Shown here in pieces: positions 26,977 to 35,310 of a DNA stretch of 64,000 nt. The position numbers were made by a program, and so were the translations under genes. The first letter of the stretch is position 1. Every line of letters begins with the position of its first letter. The stretch comes from Verrucomicrobiota bacterium (GTDB lineage: Bacteria > Verrucomicrobiota > Verrucomicrobiia > Chthoniobacterales > UBA10450): the NCBI GenBank assembly GCA_003220055.1, contig QHRF01000083.1, positions 564 through 64,563 of the forward strand, given 5' to 3'. The notes under the pieces are model-generated. The model was not told the DNA's origin and ran no database searches. It saw only the letters and a list, made by a program, of their open reading frames with translations.

Positions 26977-28404
26977 ATGATCAGCACGAAGACAAACACG
27001 AAACAGCATTTCAAAGTTAAAGACATCTCGTTGGCCGACTTTGGCCGGAAGGAAATTTCGATCGCGGAAAAGGAAATGCCCGGATTGATGGCGATCCGCG
27101 AAAAGTACGCACCCCAAAAACCGCTCGCCGGTGTGCGTATCACGGGTTCGCTCCACATGACGATTCAGACGGCGGTATTGATCGAAACACTGGTCGATCT
27201 TGGCGCGAGTGTGCGCTGGGCTTCGTGTAATATTTTTTCAACGCAAGATCACGCCGCCGCGGCGATCGCCAAGGCTGGCGTGTCGGTGTTCGCGTGGAAA
27301 GGCGAATCACTCGAGGAATATTGGTGGTCGACGTATCAGGCGATCTCGCATCCGGACGGGAAAGGTCCGCAGCTCATCGTGGATGACGGCGGTGACGCGA
27401 CGTTGCTAATCCACAAAGGTTACGAGCTTGAAGAGGGCAGCGATTGGGCGAAAACAAAATCGGAGAACAGGGAAGAACAGGTTATTAAGGATCTGCTGCT
27501 CGAGATCCAACGAGATAACCCGTATCGCTGGCACGAGATCGCGAAAGATTGGCGCGGCGTTTCGGAGGAAACGACCACTGGCGTGCATCGCCTTTACAAA
27601 ATGCATCAGGAAAACCGGCTCCTCGTTCCGGCGATCAACGTCAACGATTCCGTTACGAAATCGAAGTTCGACAATCTCTACGGCTGCCGGCATTCGCTAA
27701 TTGATGGGTTAAATCGCGCGCTCGATGTCATGGTCGCGGGCAAAGTCGCGGTCGTCTGCGGTTATGGCGATGTCGGCAAAGGCTGCGCCCAATCACTCCG
27801 CGGTCAGGGCGCGCGTGTGGTCATCACCGAGATCGATCCGATCAACGCGCTCCAGGCCGCGATGGAAGGTTACGAGGTCACCACCATCGAAGACACGCTC
27901 GGCCGCGGCGACATTTACATCAGCGCAACCGGCAACACCGACGTGATCACGTTCGAGCATATGCAGCGGATGAAAGATCAAGCTGTCGTCGCAAACATTG
28001 GTCACTTCGACAACGAAATTCAGGTCGACGCGCTCAACGCCGGCAAAGGCGTGAAGCGGACCAATATCAAACCGCAGGTCGATAAGTACACGTTCCCGGA
28101 CGGCCACGAAATTTTCCTACTCTCCGAGGGCCGGCTGGTGAACCTCGGCAACGCGACGGGTCATCCGAGCTTCGTCATGTCGAATTCGTTCTCGAACCAA
28201 GTGCTCGCTCAATTGGATCTCTGGAAAAATCGCGACACCTACAAGGTCGGCGTTTACGTCTTGTCGAAGAAGTTCGACGAAGAAGTCGCGCGCCTGCATT
28301 TGAAAAAAATCGGGGTCAAACTGACCAAGCTCAGCAAAGCACAAGCCGATTATCTCGGCGTGCCAATCGACGGTCCGTTTAAATCCGAGCACTACCGTTA
28401 TTGA
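26977..28404 (+). CDS. ahcY: Adenosylhomocysteinase
   Basis: 475 aa: [29 protein letters not shown] site [35 protein letters not shown]-terminal ...PFKSEHYRY. Confidence 0.95.
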   Translation: MISTKTNTKQHFKVKDISLADFGRKEISIAEKEMPGLMAIREKYAPQKPLAGVRITGSLHMTIQTAVLIETLVDLGASVRWASCNIFSTQDHAAAAIAKAGVSVFAWKGESLEEYWWSTYQAISHPDGKGPQLIVDDGGDATLLIHKGYELEEGSDWAKTKSENREEQVIKDLLLEIQRDNPYRWHEIAKDWRGVSEETTTGVHRLYKMHQENRLLVPAINVNDSVTKSKFDNLYGCRHSLIDGLNRALDVMVAGKVAVVCGYGDVGKGCAQSLRGQGARVVITEIDPINALQAAMEGYEVTTIEDTLGRGDIYISATGNTDVITFEHMQRMKDQAVVANIGHFDNEIQVDALNAGKGVKRTNIKPQVDKYTFPDGHEIFLLSEGRLVNLGNATGHPSFVMSNSFSNQVLAQLDLWKNRDTYKVGVYVLSKKFDEEVARLHLKKIGVKLTKLSKAQADYLGVPIDGPFKSEHYRY

Positions 28405-28406
28405 CT

Positions 28407-28455
28407 TGTAGCCGACGACGCTGTCGTCGGCCCGCGGTCAACGACCGCGGCTACA
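28407..28455. repeat. REP-like double hairpin flanked by TGTAGC...GCTACA
   Basis: tgtagc CGACGAC-gct-GTCGTCG gc CCGCGGTC-aac-GACCGCGG ctaca, starting 3 nt after the ahcY stop. Confidence 0.7.
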
Positions 28456-28479
28456 GTGTTGTTCGACAGACTTTTCGCC

Positions 28480-28851
28480 TTACCAACGCGCTTCCTGCGC
28501 TTCGACTTGGGTGGCCTCCACGTAGTAACAGCCCGGCGCCTTGCCGCGCCGCCATCTGCCCAAGACTCGAACGCTGCGGCGGTCATGGACGGCATCCGTA
28601 AGAATTTTCGATTGCCGTATCGGCGCGGCGAGCGAGATCGATGTCGATCTTCCAGAGTGAAAAACAAACATGATTTGCGAGGCGCAGGATTCGCCCGGAT
28701 ATAAACTCACTTTCCCGATCTGATCGAACGACGCACCAACTGATGCCGCGCTGACGTTGGTCGTCGCCGGCCTTGGTTTTTCCGGTTCGCCGCAACTGGT
28801 CAACACAGATGCGATCGCAAGCAACCACGCCGAAGCCCAAAACGACTTCAT
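28480..28851 (-). CDS. Hypothetical lipoprotein
   Basis: MKSFWASAWLLAIASVLTSC lipobox. The ORF-track version (to 29223) overlaps the upstream gene in another frame, so it was trimmed to the ATG at 28851. Confidence 0.6.
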   Translation of the reverse strand: MKSFWASAWLLAIASVLTSCGEPEKPRPATTNVSAASVGASFDQIGKVSLYPGESCASQIMFVFHSGRSTSISLAAPIRQSKILTDAVHDRRSVRVLGRWRRGKAPGCYYVEATQVEAQEARW

Positions 28852-28855
28852 TTTG

Positions 28856-29401
28856 TTAATTGGATGCAGCGTCACGCTGCTCGACAAACTTTTCACCGTT
28901 CCAGGTAAACTTGTGGAGAACTTTTCCGCTCTTATGACTGCGGACGAGAATCGTGCGGCCTTGTCGCGGCAGCTCAAATTGCAAGTCTTCATATTTTGAT
29001 TCGTATTCGCCAGAACTCCACCTGTCGCCGATCGGAAAAACTCTTCGAGATGCTTTGTGCATCTTGCCGTCCGCTCCGAGCTCGAAAAAGTCCAGGGTGA
29101 CCGAATCATCCCCTTCAAGTTCACCGGAGCAAAGCGCGAGGAGCGAACGTCCGTCTCGATAACGAAACAGCGCGACCTGAAACGATGGCTGAGCTCCATC
29201 GCCGGCGATGCTGATGTAGCCATTTTGCCTGTCGATCACTTGCGCGTTGCCTAGCCAGGCGCGCGGCGGAGCTTCCAAAGTCTTGTCTGGCAGCAACAGA
29301 AAATAATCCACCACCGTCATTTTCTTTTCGTCCGCGGCGCCGAGCGCGAACGGGAGACAAAGACCGAGCGCCAGGACAACAAAGATCGACAGTCGTTTCA
29401 T
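28856..29401 (-). CDS. Hypothetical secreted protein
   Basis: Signal peptide MKRLSIFVVLALGLCLPFALGAADE. 181 aa with no recognisable motif. Confidence 0.65.
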   Translation of the reverse strand: MKRLSIFVVLALGLCLPFALGAADEKKMTVVDYFLLLPDKTLEAPPRAWLGNAQVIDRQNGYISIAGDGAQPSFQVALFRYRDGRSLLALCSGELEGDDSVTLDFFELGADGKMHKASRRVFPIGDRWSSGEYESKYEDLQFELPRQGRTILVRSHKSGKVLHKFTWNGEKFVEQRDAASN

Positions 29402-29428
29402 CTCAGCCGCGGACCGTGGCTGAACTTA

Positions 29429-30109
29429 TCAACTCACTGTCACGCTCACGGCGTCGCTCGGCTGGCCGATTTCTTTGCCGTTCATCACGGCGCGGGCGGT
29501 GTATTTGAGTTCGCTTTTGCCGGGCGACGTGTCGATCGCGGGTGTCCGGAAAAAGAAACCGACTTTTTGCGGAGATTTGTCGCCTTTGCCTTGGCGATAC
29601 AGATTGATCCCGGAAACGCCGCCACCGGCTTTACGGAACGGGATCGTGACAAAATTTCCGGTCTGGCGCGCGCGACCGAGCTCGGCCTTGTAATTCGCGG
29701 CCTCAAATTTTCCGATGTCGATTTTGAGTTTGTTGCCGATGTCTGTCGTGAACTTCGCGTGGGCTTTGATCCGTTCGACGCGCGCCTGCCGGCGCGTGTC
29801 GATTCCGGGCCGCACCGGAGTCGGCGCGCTCGCGCCCGCGGGAAGATCGACATAATCGCCGGAAGATTGTCCGCTTAGAACCGCATTTGCGGCATGACCG
29901 GGATCGGCATCGAGGTCGGGACCGAGCGTGGTTAAAATGTGCACGGCGTAGTTCGAATCGTTGACCGCGTTCGTGATCTCGGTTTCGCTGAATCCGAGAT
30001 CCTTTCCGGCTTTCGGAAACTCTTTGGCGAAATTGCTATACCAGTCGATGCGACCGGCTCGATCAGCAGGAAAATAGGATTTGCTCATACGTGGCAGAGG
30101 TGTTGCCAC
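29429..30109 (-). CDS. Hypothetical protein (beta-rich, Ig-like-looking C-terminal region)
   Basis: 226-aa ORF co-directional with the SET-domain gene. No motif recognised. Confidence 0.55.
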   Translation of the reverse strand: MATPLPRMSKSYFPADRAGRIDWYSNFAKEFPKAGKDLGFSETEITNAVNDSNYAVHILTTLGPDLDADPGHAANAVLSGQSSGDYVDLPAGASAPTPVRPGIDTRRQARVERIKAHAKFTTDIGNKLKIDIGKFEAANYKAELGRARQTGNFVTIPFRKAGGGVSGINLYRQGKGDKSPQKVGFFFRTPAIDTSPGKSELKYTARAVMNGKEIGQPSDAVSVTVS

Positions 30110-30136
30110 CTTGATAACGCCGTCGCACCGAACCGG

Positions 30137-30646
30137 TCAAGACTGCTTCGAGATCTTGCGTGCGAGATAAGCCGAGAAATAGCCGGCGTATTTCCTTTGC
30201 AATTCCGGCTTTTGCCAATCCTTGCCCGTCAGGACTTTCCGGCAGCTATTGGCGCCGCAATTGCATTCGACCGAGTAATCATCGTCATCGGTCATCGCCC
30301 AATCGTGGGTCAGTTCTTCGCCCGCGCGAATCTCACACATGGCGACGAACGTGATCTCACCGCGGAGACCAAGGTTCGGATCGCAGGAATGATTGCTATA
30401 CAACATCGACAATTCTCTTTCGACGGCATTCACCGGCGCGATGAACAAATTGTCGTCGATCTGGATTTCGACCGGCCCGAGGGTCGGCGTGATTTCGCGA
30501 CGCAAAGTTTCGCGGTCGACAATGTGCCCACCTTTCACGAGGACGACCTCGTCTTGGGCGATGTCTGCTTTGGCAAATAAACCGCGCCCATGGATTTTGC
30601 TCTCGCGCACTTCCGTTTTCAGTGAGCGATAAGACAGCGGTGTCAT
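30137..30646 (-). CDS. SET-domain protein (putative protein-lysine N-methyltransferase)
   Basis: KIHGRGLFA..., YSNHSCDPNLG, ELTHDW, post-SET-like CNCGANSCRK. The ATG at 30646 (MTPLSYR) is preferred; the longest ORF reaches 30667. Confidence 0.8.
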   Translation of the reverse strand: MTPLSYRSLKTEVRESKIHGRGLFAKADIAQDEVVLVKGGHIVDRETLRREITPTLGPVEIQIDDNLFIAPVNAVERELSMLYSNHSCDPNLGLRGEITFVAMCEIRAGEELTHDWAMTDDDDYSVECNCGANSCRKVLTGKDWQKPELQRKYAGYFSAYLARKISKQS

Positions 30647-30652
30647 TAGAGA

Positions 30653-30736
30653 AGTGACGAGCGACAACTGGCGAGTGACAAGAGAAAAAATTGCTGCTCT
30701 TCTTACTCGTCACTCATCGCATGTCACTGGTCACTA
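30653..30736. promoter_or_regulatory. Imperfect palindrome built from GTCACTn heptads, filling the SET/MFS divergent spacer
   Basis: Left arm AGTGACg AGCGACa ACTGGCg AGTGACa (30653-30680), 12-nt centre aaaaaattgctg (30685-30696), right arm CTTACTc GTCACTc ATCGCAt GTCACTg GTCACTa (30702-30736). The 11-mer CTCGTCACTTC (minus strand, 30661-30651) is identical to metK leader 25754-25764. Confidence 0.6.
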
Positions 30737-30740
30737 TCAA

Positions 30741-32048
30741 ATGAAGTCACGCCCGGCCGCGGTCGTTTTTATTTTCATCACCGTGATGCTCGACATGCTC
30801 GCGCTCGGTTTGATCGCTCCAGTGTTGCCGAAGCTGGTCCTGAGTTTCCTGAACAACGACATGACACGCGCGGCGAATTGGAATGGCATTTTTCTGACTG
30901 TATTCGCCGCGATGCAGTTTCTCTTTTCACCGGTGATCGGCGTTTTGTCCGATCGATTTGGCCGACGGCCGGTCCTTCTCCTTTCCAGCCTTGGCCTCGG
31001 TCTCGACTACATCGTCATGGCAGTCGCCCCCACCATTGGGTGGTTGTTTCTCGGTCGCATCATCTCCGGGATTACCGCTTCCAGCATTCCCACTGCCTTC
31101 GCTTACATCGCCGACGTAACTCCAAAAGAAAAGCGCGCCGGCGCCTTTGGCATGATTGGCGCAGCGTTTGGTATCGGTTTCACGCTGGGGCCGGCAATCG
31201 GTGGATTGGTGGGAAACACGAATCCGCGGCTGGCATTTTGGGTGGCCGCAGGTTTCAGTCTGACCAACTGGCTCTACGGGTTTCTCTTCGTCCCGGAATC
31301 ACTCGCGCCCGAGAAGCGAAAGGAATTCTCGTTAGGCCGCGCCAATCCAGTCGGCTCGCTCGTTTTACTGCGCTCACATCCGGATTTGTGGAAACTCGCT
31401 ACGATTCAATTTCTCGCCTACGTCTCACATGAAATTTTCGCCATCTGGGCGCTCTACGCCATTTATCGTTTTGGCTGGGATGCGTGGAGCATCGCCAAGT
31501 CGCTCTTTGTCGTCGGCGTCTGCACTGCGGTGATCTCCGGCGGATTGACGGGACGAGTTGTGGCCTGGTTGGGCGAGAAGCGCACTCTTTACATCGGCCA
31601 GTTTTTTGGCGCCGTCGGCATGCTCATCGCCGGTCTCGCCCGAAGCGGCGCCGTTTACGTGGCGTCAATCCCGGTCATTTCGATGTGGAACATTTCCTTT
31701 CCCGCCGCCCAGGGAATCATGACGCACCATGTGAGCGAGCGCGAACAAGGCGAGTTGCAAGGCGCCATCGGCAGTTTGCGCTCGATCGCGTTCGTCATCG
31801 GACCATTTCTATTTTCATGGACGTTTGCCTGGTTCATCGATCCGAAACATTCGTTTCAATTGCCCGCCGCCGGGTATTATCTCGCAGCCGCATTGCTGTT
31901 CACCGCGATGTTCATGGCGACGCGTATCAAACAACCGCAATTTGCCGCGGCATCGACGGTGTCCCCCGGCGTTCCCGACGTCGTGCCTCCGGAAGGCCTG
32001 ACTTCAGGCACCGTCGCGCCAATGATCGAGCCCAAAGAAAACATTTGA
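30741..32048 (+). CDS. MFS transporter (TetA/drug:H+ antiporter-like)
   Basis: 12-TM-type protein with an MFS motif-A-like GVLSDRFGRRPVLLLS. ATG at 30741 (MKSRPAAVVFIF). Confidence 0.85.
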   Translation: MKSRPAAVVFIFITVMLDMLALGLIAPVLPKLVLSFLNNDMTRAANWNGIFLTVFAAMQFLFSPVIGVLSDRFGRRPVLLLSSLGLGLDYIVMAVAPTIGWLFLGRIISGITASSIPTAFAYIADVTPKEKRAGAFGMIGAAFGIGFTLGPAIGGLVGNTNPRLAFWVAAGFSLTNWLYGFLFVPESLAPEKRKEFSLGRANPVGSLVLLRSHPDLWKLATIQFLAYVSHEIFAIWALYAIYRFGWDAWSIAKSLFVVGVCTAVISGGLTGRVVAWLGEKRTLYIGQFFGAVGMLIAGLARSGAVYVASIPVISMWNISFPAAQGIMTHHVSEREQGELQGAIGSLRSIAFVIGPFLFSWTFAWFIDPKHSFQLPAAGYYLAAALLFTAMFMATRIKQPQFAAASTVSPGVPDVVPPEGLTSGTVAPMIEPKENI

Positions 32049-32079
32049 GCATTTGGTCCGAGTCAGCGATTGAAGCAAT

Positions 32080-32475
32080 GTGAAAGCAAGCGCGCGTGGC
32101 GTGATCGTCGCGTTGACGATCTGCTCCTGGATCGCGATCTCCAATCACTGCGCGTTTCGCGCGATTGCCACAAAAACCGATAGGGCCGAGAGCGGTTGCC
32201 CCTTTCATTCCAAACCAGCGAAACCTCAACCGCCACCTGCCGGAACCGAGTGTTGTAAAATTCTTCGCGCTGTCTCGACAACGCCGGCAAAGATCCTTGC
32301 GCCGGCAATCGTCGATCTTATTCATGTCGATCTTCCCTTGGTGAAGTTTGCGGCTTTCGCGCCGCCAAAAATTTCGTTCACTCGGCTATCGCTCGATACC
32401 GGACCGCCTGGCCGAACGTCATTCGTTGAATTGATCGGGAGCTTGCGCGCGCACGCTCCACCATCGTTCGCGTAA
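32080..32475 (+). CDS. Hypothetical small exported protein with Cys/His motifs (NHC...CPFH...ECC)
   Basis: 131 aa with an N-terminal hydrophobic segment. Cys at SNHCAF, SGCPFHS and TECCK. Located directly upstream of the HMBD protein. Confidence 0.5.
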   Translation: MKASARGVIVALTICSWIAISNHCAFRAIATKTDRAESGCPFHSKPAKPQPPPAGTECCKILRAVSTTPAKILAPAIVDLIHVDLPLVKFAAFAPPKISFTRLSLDTGPPGRTSFVELIGSLRAHAPPSFA

Positions 32476-32498
32476 TCGCGCGACCACTGCGTTCTGCT

Positions 32499-32575
32499 TG
32501 TAGGGCAACCGCTTCTGCCAGTCCGGCGTCGGACTTGTCGCTTTTCCAGCCGGCAGGCGAGGCGCCTGCCCTACA
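32499..32575. repeat. REP-like element (TGTAGGGCA...TGCCCTACA outer stem with inner hairpins)
   Basis: Outer 9-bp inverted repeat. Inner GGCAGGCG-agg-CGCCTGCC (32552-32570) and GTCCG-gcgt-CGGAC. Related to 37251-37274. Confidence 0.65.
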
Positions 32576-32582
32576 AACAGAA

Positions 32583-34166
32583 ATGACAAAACGAATTTTA
32601 GTTTTGATCGCGACAATCGCCCTCGGTCCGATTGGCGCGGTCGCCCAGGTAGGGGCGATTGACCCCAATCGCCCAAGTCGGAGCCAAGATCACGAGCAAG
32701 AGCAGGAGAAGAAACAACGATACACCTGCCCGATGCATCGTGAAATCGTGCGAGCTGAGCCAGGCCAATGCCCAAAATGCGGAATGACATTGGTGCCGAT
32801 AAAAGAAAACGGAAAACGTCCGATGCCGAAGTCAGAACACACGACGCATCAACACATGTCACATGACGCAAACGGCATGGCGATGCCAGATCATGAACAC
32901 CCGCCTTCGCACAGCTCCGGCGCGGCAGGCGAAATGAAAATGCAATCGTCGGTCAACGTGGCCGACCCGATGAACCGCGAAAGTTCAGGCACGAGTTGGA
33001 TTCCGGATTCGTCACCGATGTACGGCCGGATGTTCATGTTCGGTGACGACATGTTGATGCTGCACGGCGCAATTTTTCCGCGATACACCAACGTGACTAC
33101 GCGCCGAGGCGACGATCGGATCGACGCCCCCAATTGGATCATGGCGATGTATTCGCATCCGTTTAGCGACACAACGCAAATTGGCGGGAGACTCATGATG
33201 AGTCTGGATCCGCTGACCGAAGGCGGCCGCGGTTATCCGCTTTTGTTGCAAAGCGGCGAATCGTGGCACGACCAGCCACTGCACGATCGACAGCATCCAC
33301 ATGACTTGTTCGACGAATTGTCCTTTTCGCTTTCGCAAAAGCTCACCGACGATTTGAGCGGCTATTTATATTTTGGTTATCCGGGCGAACCGGCGATTGG
33401 TCCGCCGACGTTCATGCATCGGCCTTCAGCGATGGACGATCCGGACGCGCCGATCGGCCATCATTGGCAGGACTCAACGCATGTGACGTTCGGAGTTGCG
33501 ACCGCAGGAGTGCAATGGCGCAACCTGAAAGTTGAAGGCAGCGTTTTCACCGGTCGCGAACCGGACGAGCACCGTTACGACTTCGATCGCCCACGGTTTG
33601 ATTCATTCAGCGGACGCATCTCCTGGAACCCAACGCCTGATCTGGCACTGCAAGTTTCGCACGCCTACATCGAAAGCCCGGAAGGGCTCGAACCCGACGT
33701 GAACCGCCACCGCACCACAGCCTCGCTCATATATAATAGAGCGCTCGGCCCCGACTCGAACTGGGCGACCTCGCTGGTGTGGGGACAGAACGACGATACT
33801 CATGAAGGAAAAACTGAATCGGTTCTGATCGAGACAAATTACCAGCGCGAGCGCGACACTGTTTACGCGCGATGGGAGCGCGTGGAAAAGTCGGGACACG
33901 AACTCGTTCTTGCACCCGGCGATCTCAATGAAATCTTCCCGGTCAACGCGGTTTCAATCGGTTACGTCCGCGATCTTTCGCACGGAAACAACATCGACAT
34001 CGGTCTCGGCGGCCAATTCACCATCGACGTTTGGCCGGAGGAACTTGATCGTTATTATGGCAGCGGGCCAGGTTACGGATTTCAAGTTTTTCTGCGCATT
34101 CGCCCGTCGCGCCACGATCACAGCGGAATGCAGATGGAGAAACCTTCGCACTCAATGCCTAAATAA
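32583..34166 (+). CDS. Exported heavy-metal-binding-domain protein with a His/Met-rich tract and a large beta-rich (barrel-like) C-terminal region
   Basis: Signal peptide MTKRILVLIATIALGPIGAVAQ. YTCPMHREIVRAEPGQCPKCGMTLVP (HMBD-type motif). HTTHQHMSHDANGMAMPDHEHPPSH. An alternating beta-strand-like pattern runs to ...YGFQVFLRIRP. Confidence 0.7.
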   Translation: MTKRILVLIATIALGPIGAVAQVGAIDPNRPSRSQDHEQEQEKKQRYTCPMHREIVRAEPGQCPKCGMTLVPIKENGKRPMPKSEHTTHQHMSHDANGMAMPDHEHPPSHSSGAAGEMKMQSSVNVADPMNRESSGTSWIPDSSPMYGRMFMFGDDMLMLHGAIFPRYTNVTTRRGDDRIDAPNWIMAMYSHPFSDTTQIGGRLMMSLDPLTEGGRGYPLLLQSGESWHDQPLHDRQHPHDLFDELSFSLSQKLTDDLSGYLYFGYPGEPAIGPPTFMHRPSAMDDPDAPIGHHWQDSTHVTFGVATAGVQWRNLKVEGSVFTGREPDEHRYDFDRPRFDSFSGRISWNPTPDLALQVSHAYIESPEGLEPDVNRHRTTASLIYNRALGPDSNWATSLVWGQNDDTHEGKTESVLIETNYQRERDTVYARWERVEKSGHELVLAPGDLNEIFPVNAVSIGYVRDLSHGNNIDIGLGGQFTIDVWPEELDRYYGSGPGYGFQVFLRIRPSRHDHSGMQMEKPSHSMPK

Positions 34167-34169
34167 AGG

Positions 34170-34198
34170 ACCGCGTGAGGCGAAGCCTTTTACGCGGT
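34170..34198 (+). terminator. Possible terminator hairpin
   Basis: ACCGCGT-15 nt-ACGCGGT right after the stop at 34166. No clean T-tract. Confidence 0.3.
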
Positions 34199-34237
34199 TG
34201 TCATCTCGCATGACCTGCGTGAAAATGATCGCCCGTC

Positions 34238-35302
34238 ATGCATCGGTTGCCGAAAATAAATTATTACGACATCGAGCGCATCATTGAGTTCGATTTCGTG
34301 CGCGCGACGGAAGCGGCCGCCCTCAATTCGCTCCGCTGGCTGGGGCGAGGCGACAAGGAAGCGGCCGATGCGGCCGCGTGCGATGCCATGCGCGGCATGT
34401 TCGATCTGATGAATATCTGCGGCGAAGTTGTGATCGGCGAAGGAATCAAGGACGACGCCCCCGGAATTTTTAAAGGCGAACAACTCGGCACCTGGGTCCC
34501 GGGCGCGCCCCAGTTCGACATCGCGATCGATCCGATTGACGGAACGACGAACATTTCCAAGGGCGCGCCGAACTCGATCAGTTGCATTGCGGCCGCGAGT
34601 CCGGAGGAAGGCGTCAAAGTCGCGCTCCGCGATGTGCCCTCGTTTTACATGTCCAAGCTGGCGTATGGACCGCGCGTGATTCAGTACATGCAGAAGCGGG
34701 GGGATTCGCTCAACATCGACATGCCTATTTCCGAAGTGCTCGCCATCGTTGCGCGGGCAACCGAGAAACGCGTCCAGGACCTCGCCGTGATGATGCTCGA
34801 CCGCCCGCGGCATAAGGAAATCGTGGAACAAATCCGGGCGTGCGGCGCGACGCTCCGGATGATCGGCGATGGCGACATTGCCGCGGCCATGGCGCCGTCA
34901 CTTCCCGAATCCGATGTCGATCTTTACATGGGCATCGGCGGCTCACCCGAAGCGGTGCTGGCGGCGGCGGGGATCAAATGTCTCGGCGGCGAGATGCAAT
35001 GCAAAATGTGGCCGCGCGATGATAAGGAGCGCAAACAACTCGTCGACGACGGCAATGAAAAGGACCTCGAGCGCGTTTACACGGCGGACGATCTCGCCCA
35101 GGGCGAGAATATCGTTTTTTGCGCGACCGGGATCAGCGACAGCGCCCTTTTGCGCGGGGTGAAATCAAAAGGCACGACTGCGATCACCCATTCCATTTTG
35201 ATGCGGGCCAAAAGCAAAACCGTCCGGCTCATCCGCGCGATGCACAATTTGCAGAACAAAACGATCCGGCTACGCTCCGACAACCGAGAACATTTGATTT
35301 GA
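34238..35302 (+). CDS. glpX: Class II fructose-1,6-bisphosphatase (GlpX type)
   Basis: FVRATEAAALNSLRWLGRGDKEAADAAACDAM, IDPIDGTTNISKG, GIGGSPEAVLAAAGIKCLGG. Confidence 0.9.
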   Translation: MHRLPKINYYDIERIIEFDFVRATEAAALNSLRWLGRGDKEAADAAACDAMRGMFDLMNICGEVVIGEGIKDDAPGIFKGEQLGTWVPGAPQFDIAIDPIDGTTNISKGAPNSISCIAAASPEEGVKVALRDVPSFYMSKLAYGPRVIQYMQKRGDSLNIDMPISEVLAIVARATEKRVQDLAVMMLDRPRHKEIVEQIRACGATLRMIGDGDIAAAMAPSLPESDVDLYMGIGGSPEAVLAAAGIKCLGGEMQCKMWPRDDKERKQLVDDGNEKDLERVYTADDLAQGENIVFCATGISDSALLRGVKSKGTTAITHSILMRAKSKTVRLIRAMHNLQNKTIRLRSDNREHLI

Positions 35303-35310
35303 GTTTCCCA

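Noticed and set aside
28480-29223. 247-aa minus-strand ORF spanning two gene positions.
   Set aside because: Its first 124 aa overlap the well-formed 181-aa secreted-protein ORF (28856-29401) in another frame and look non-coding. Only the part from the internal ATG at 28851, which has a lipoprotein signal peptide, was kept.
25736-30736. Could the GTCACT heptad arrays be a CRISPR array or a minisatellite?
   Set aside because: The units are 7 bp with no spacers of CRISPR size. The arrays are only 4-5 units long and lie precisely upstream of start codons. No cas genes are present.
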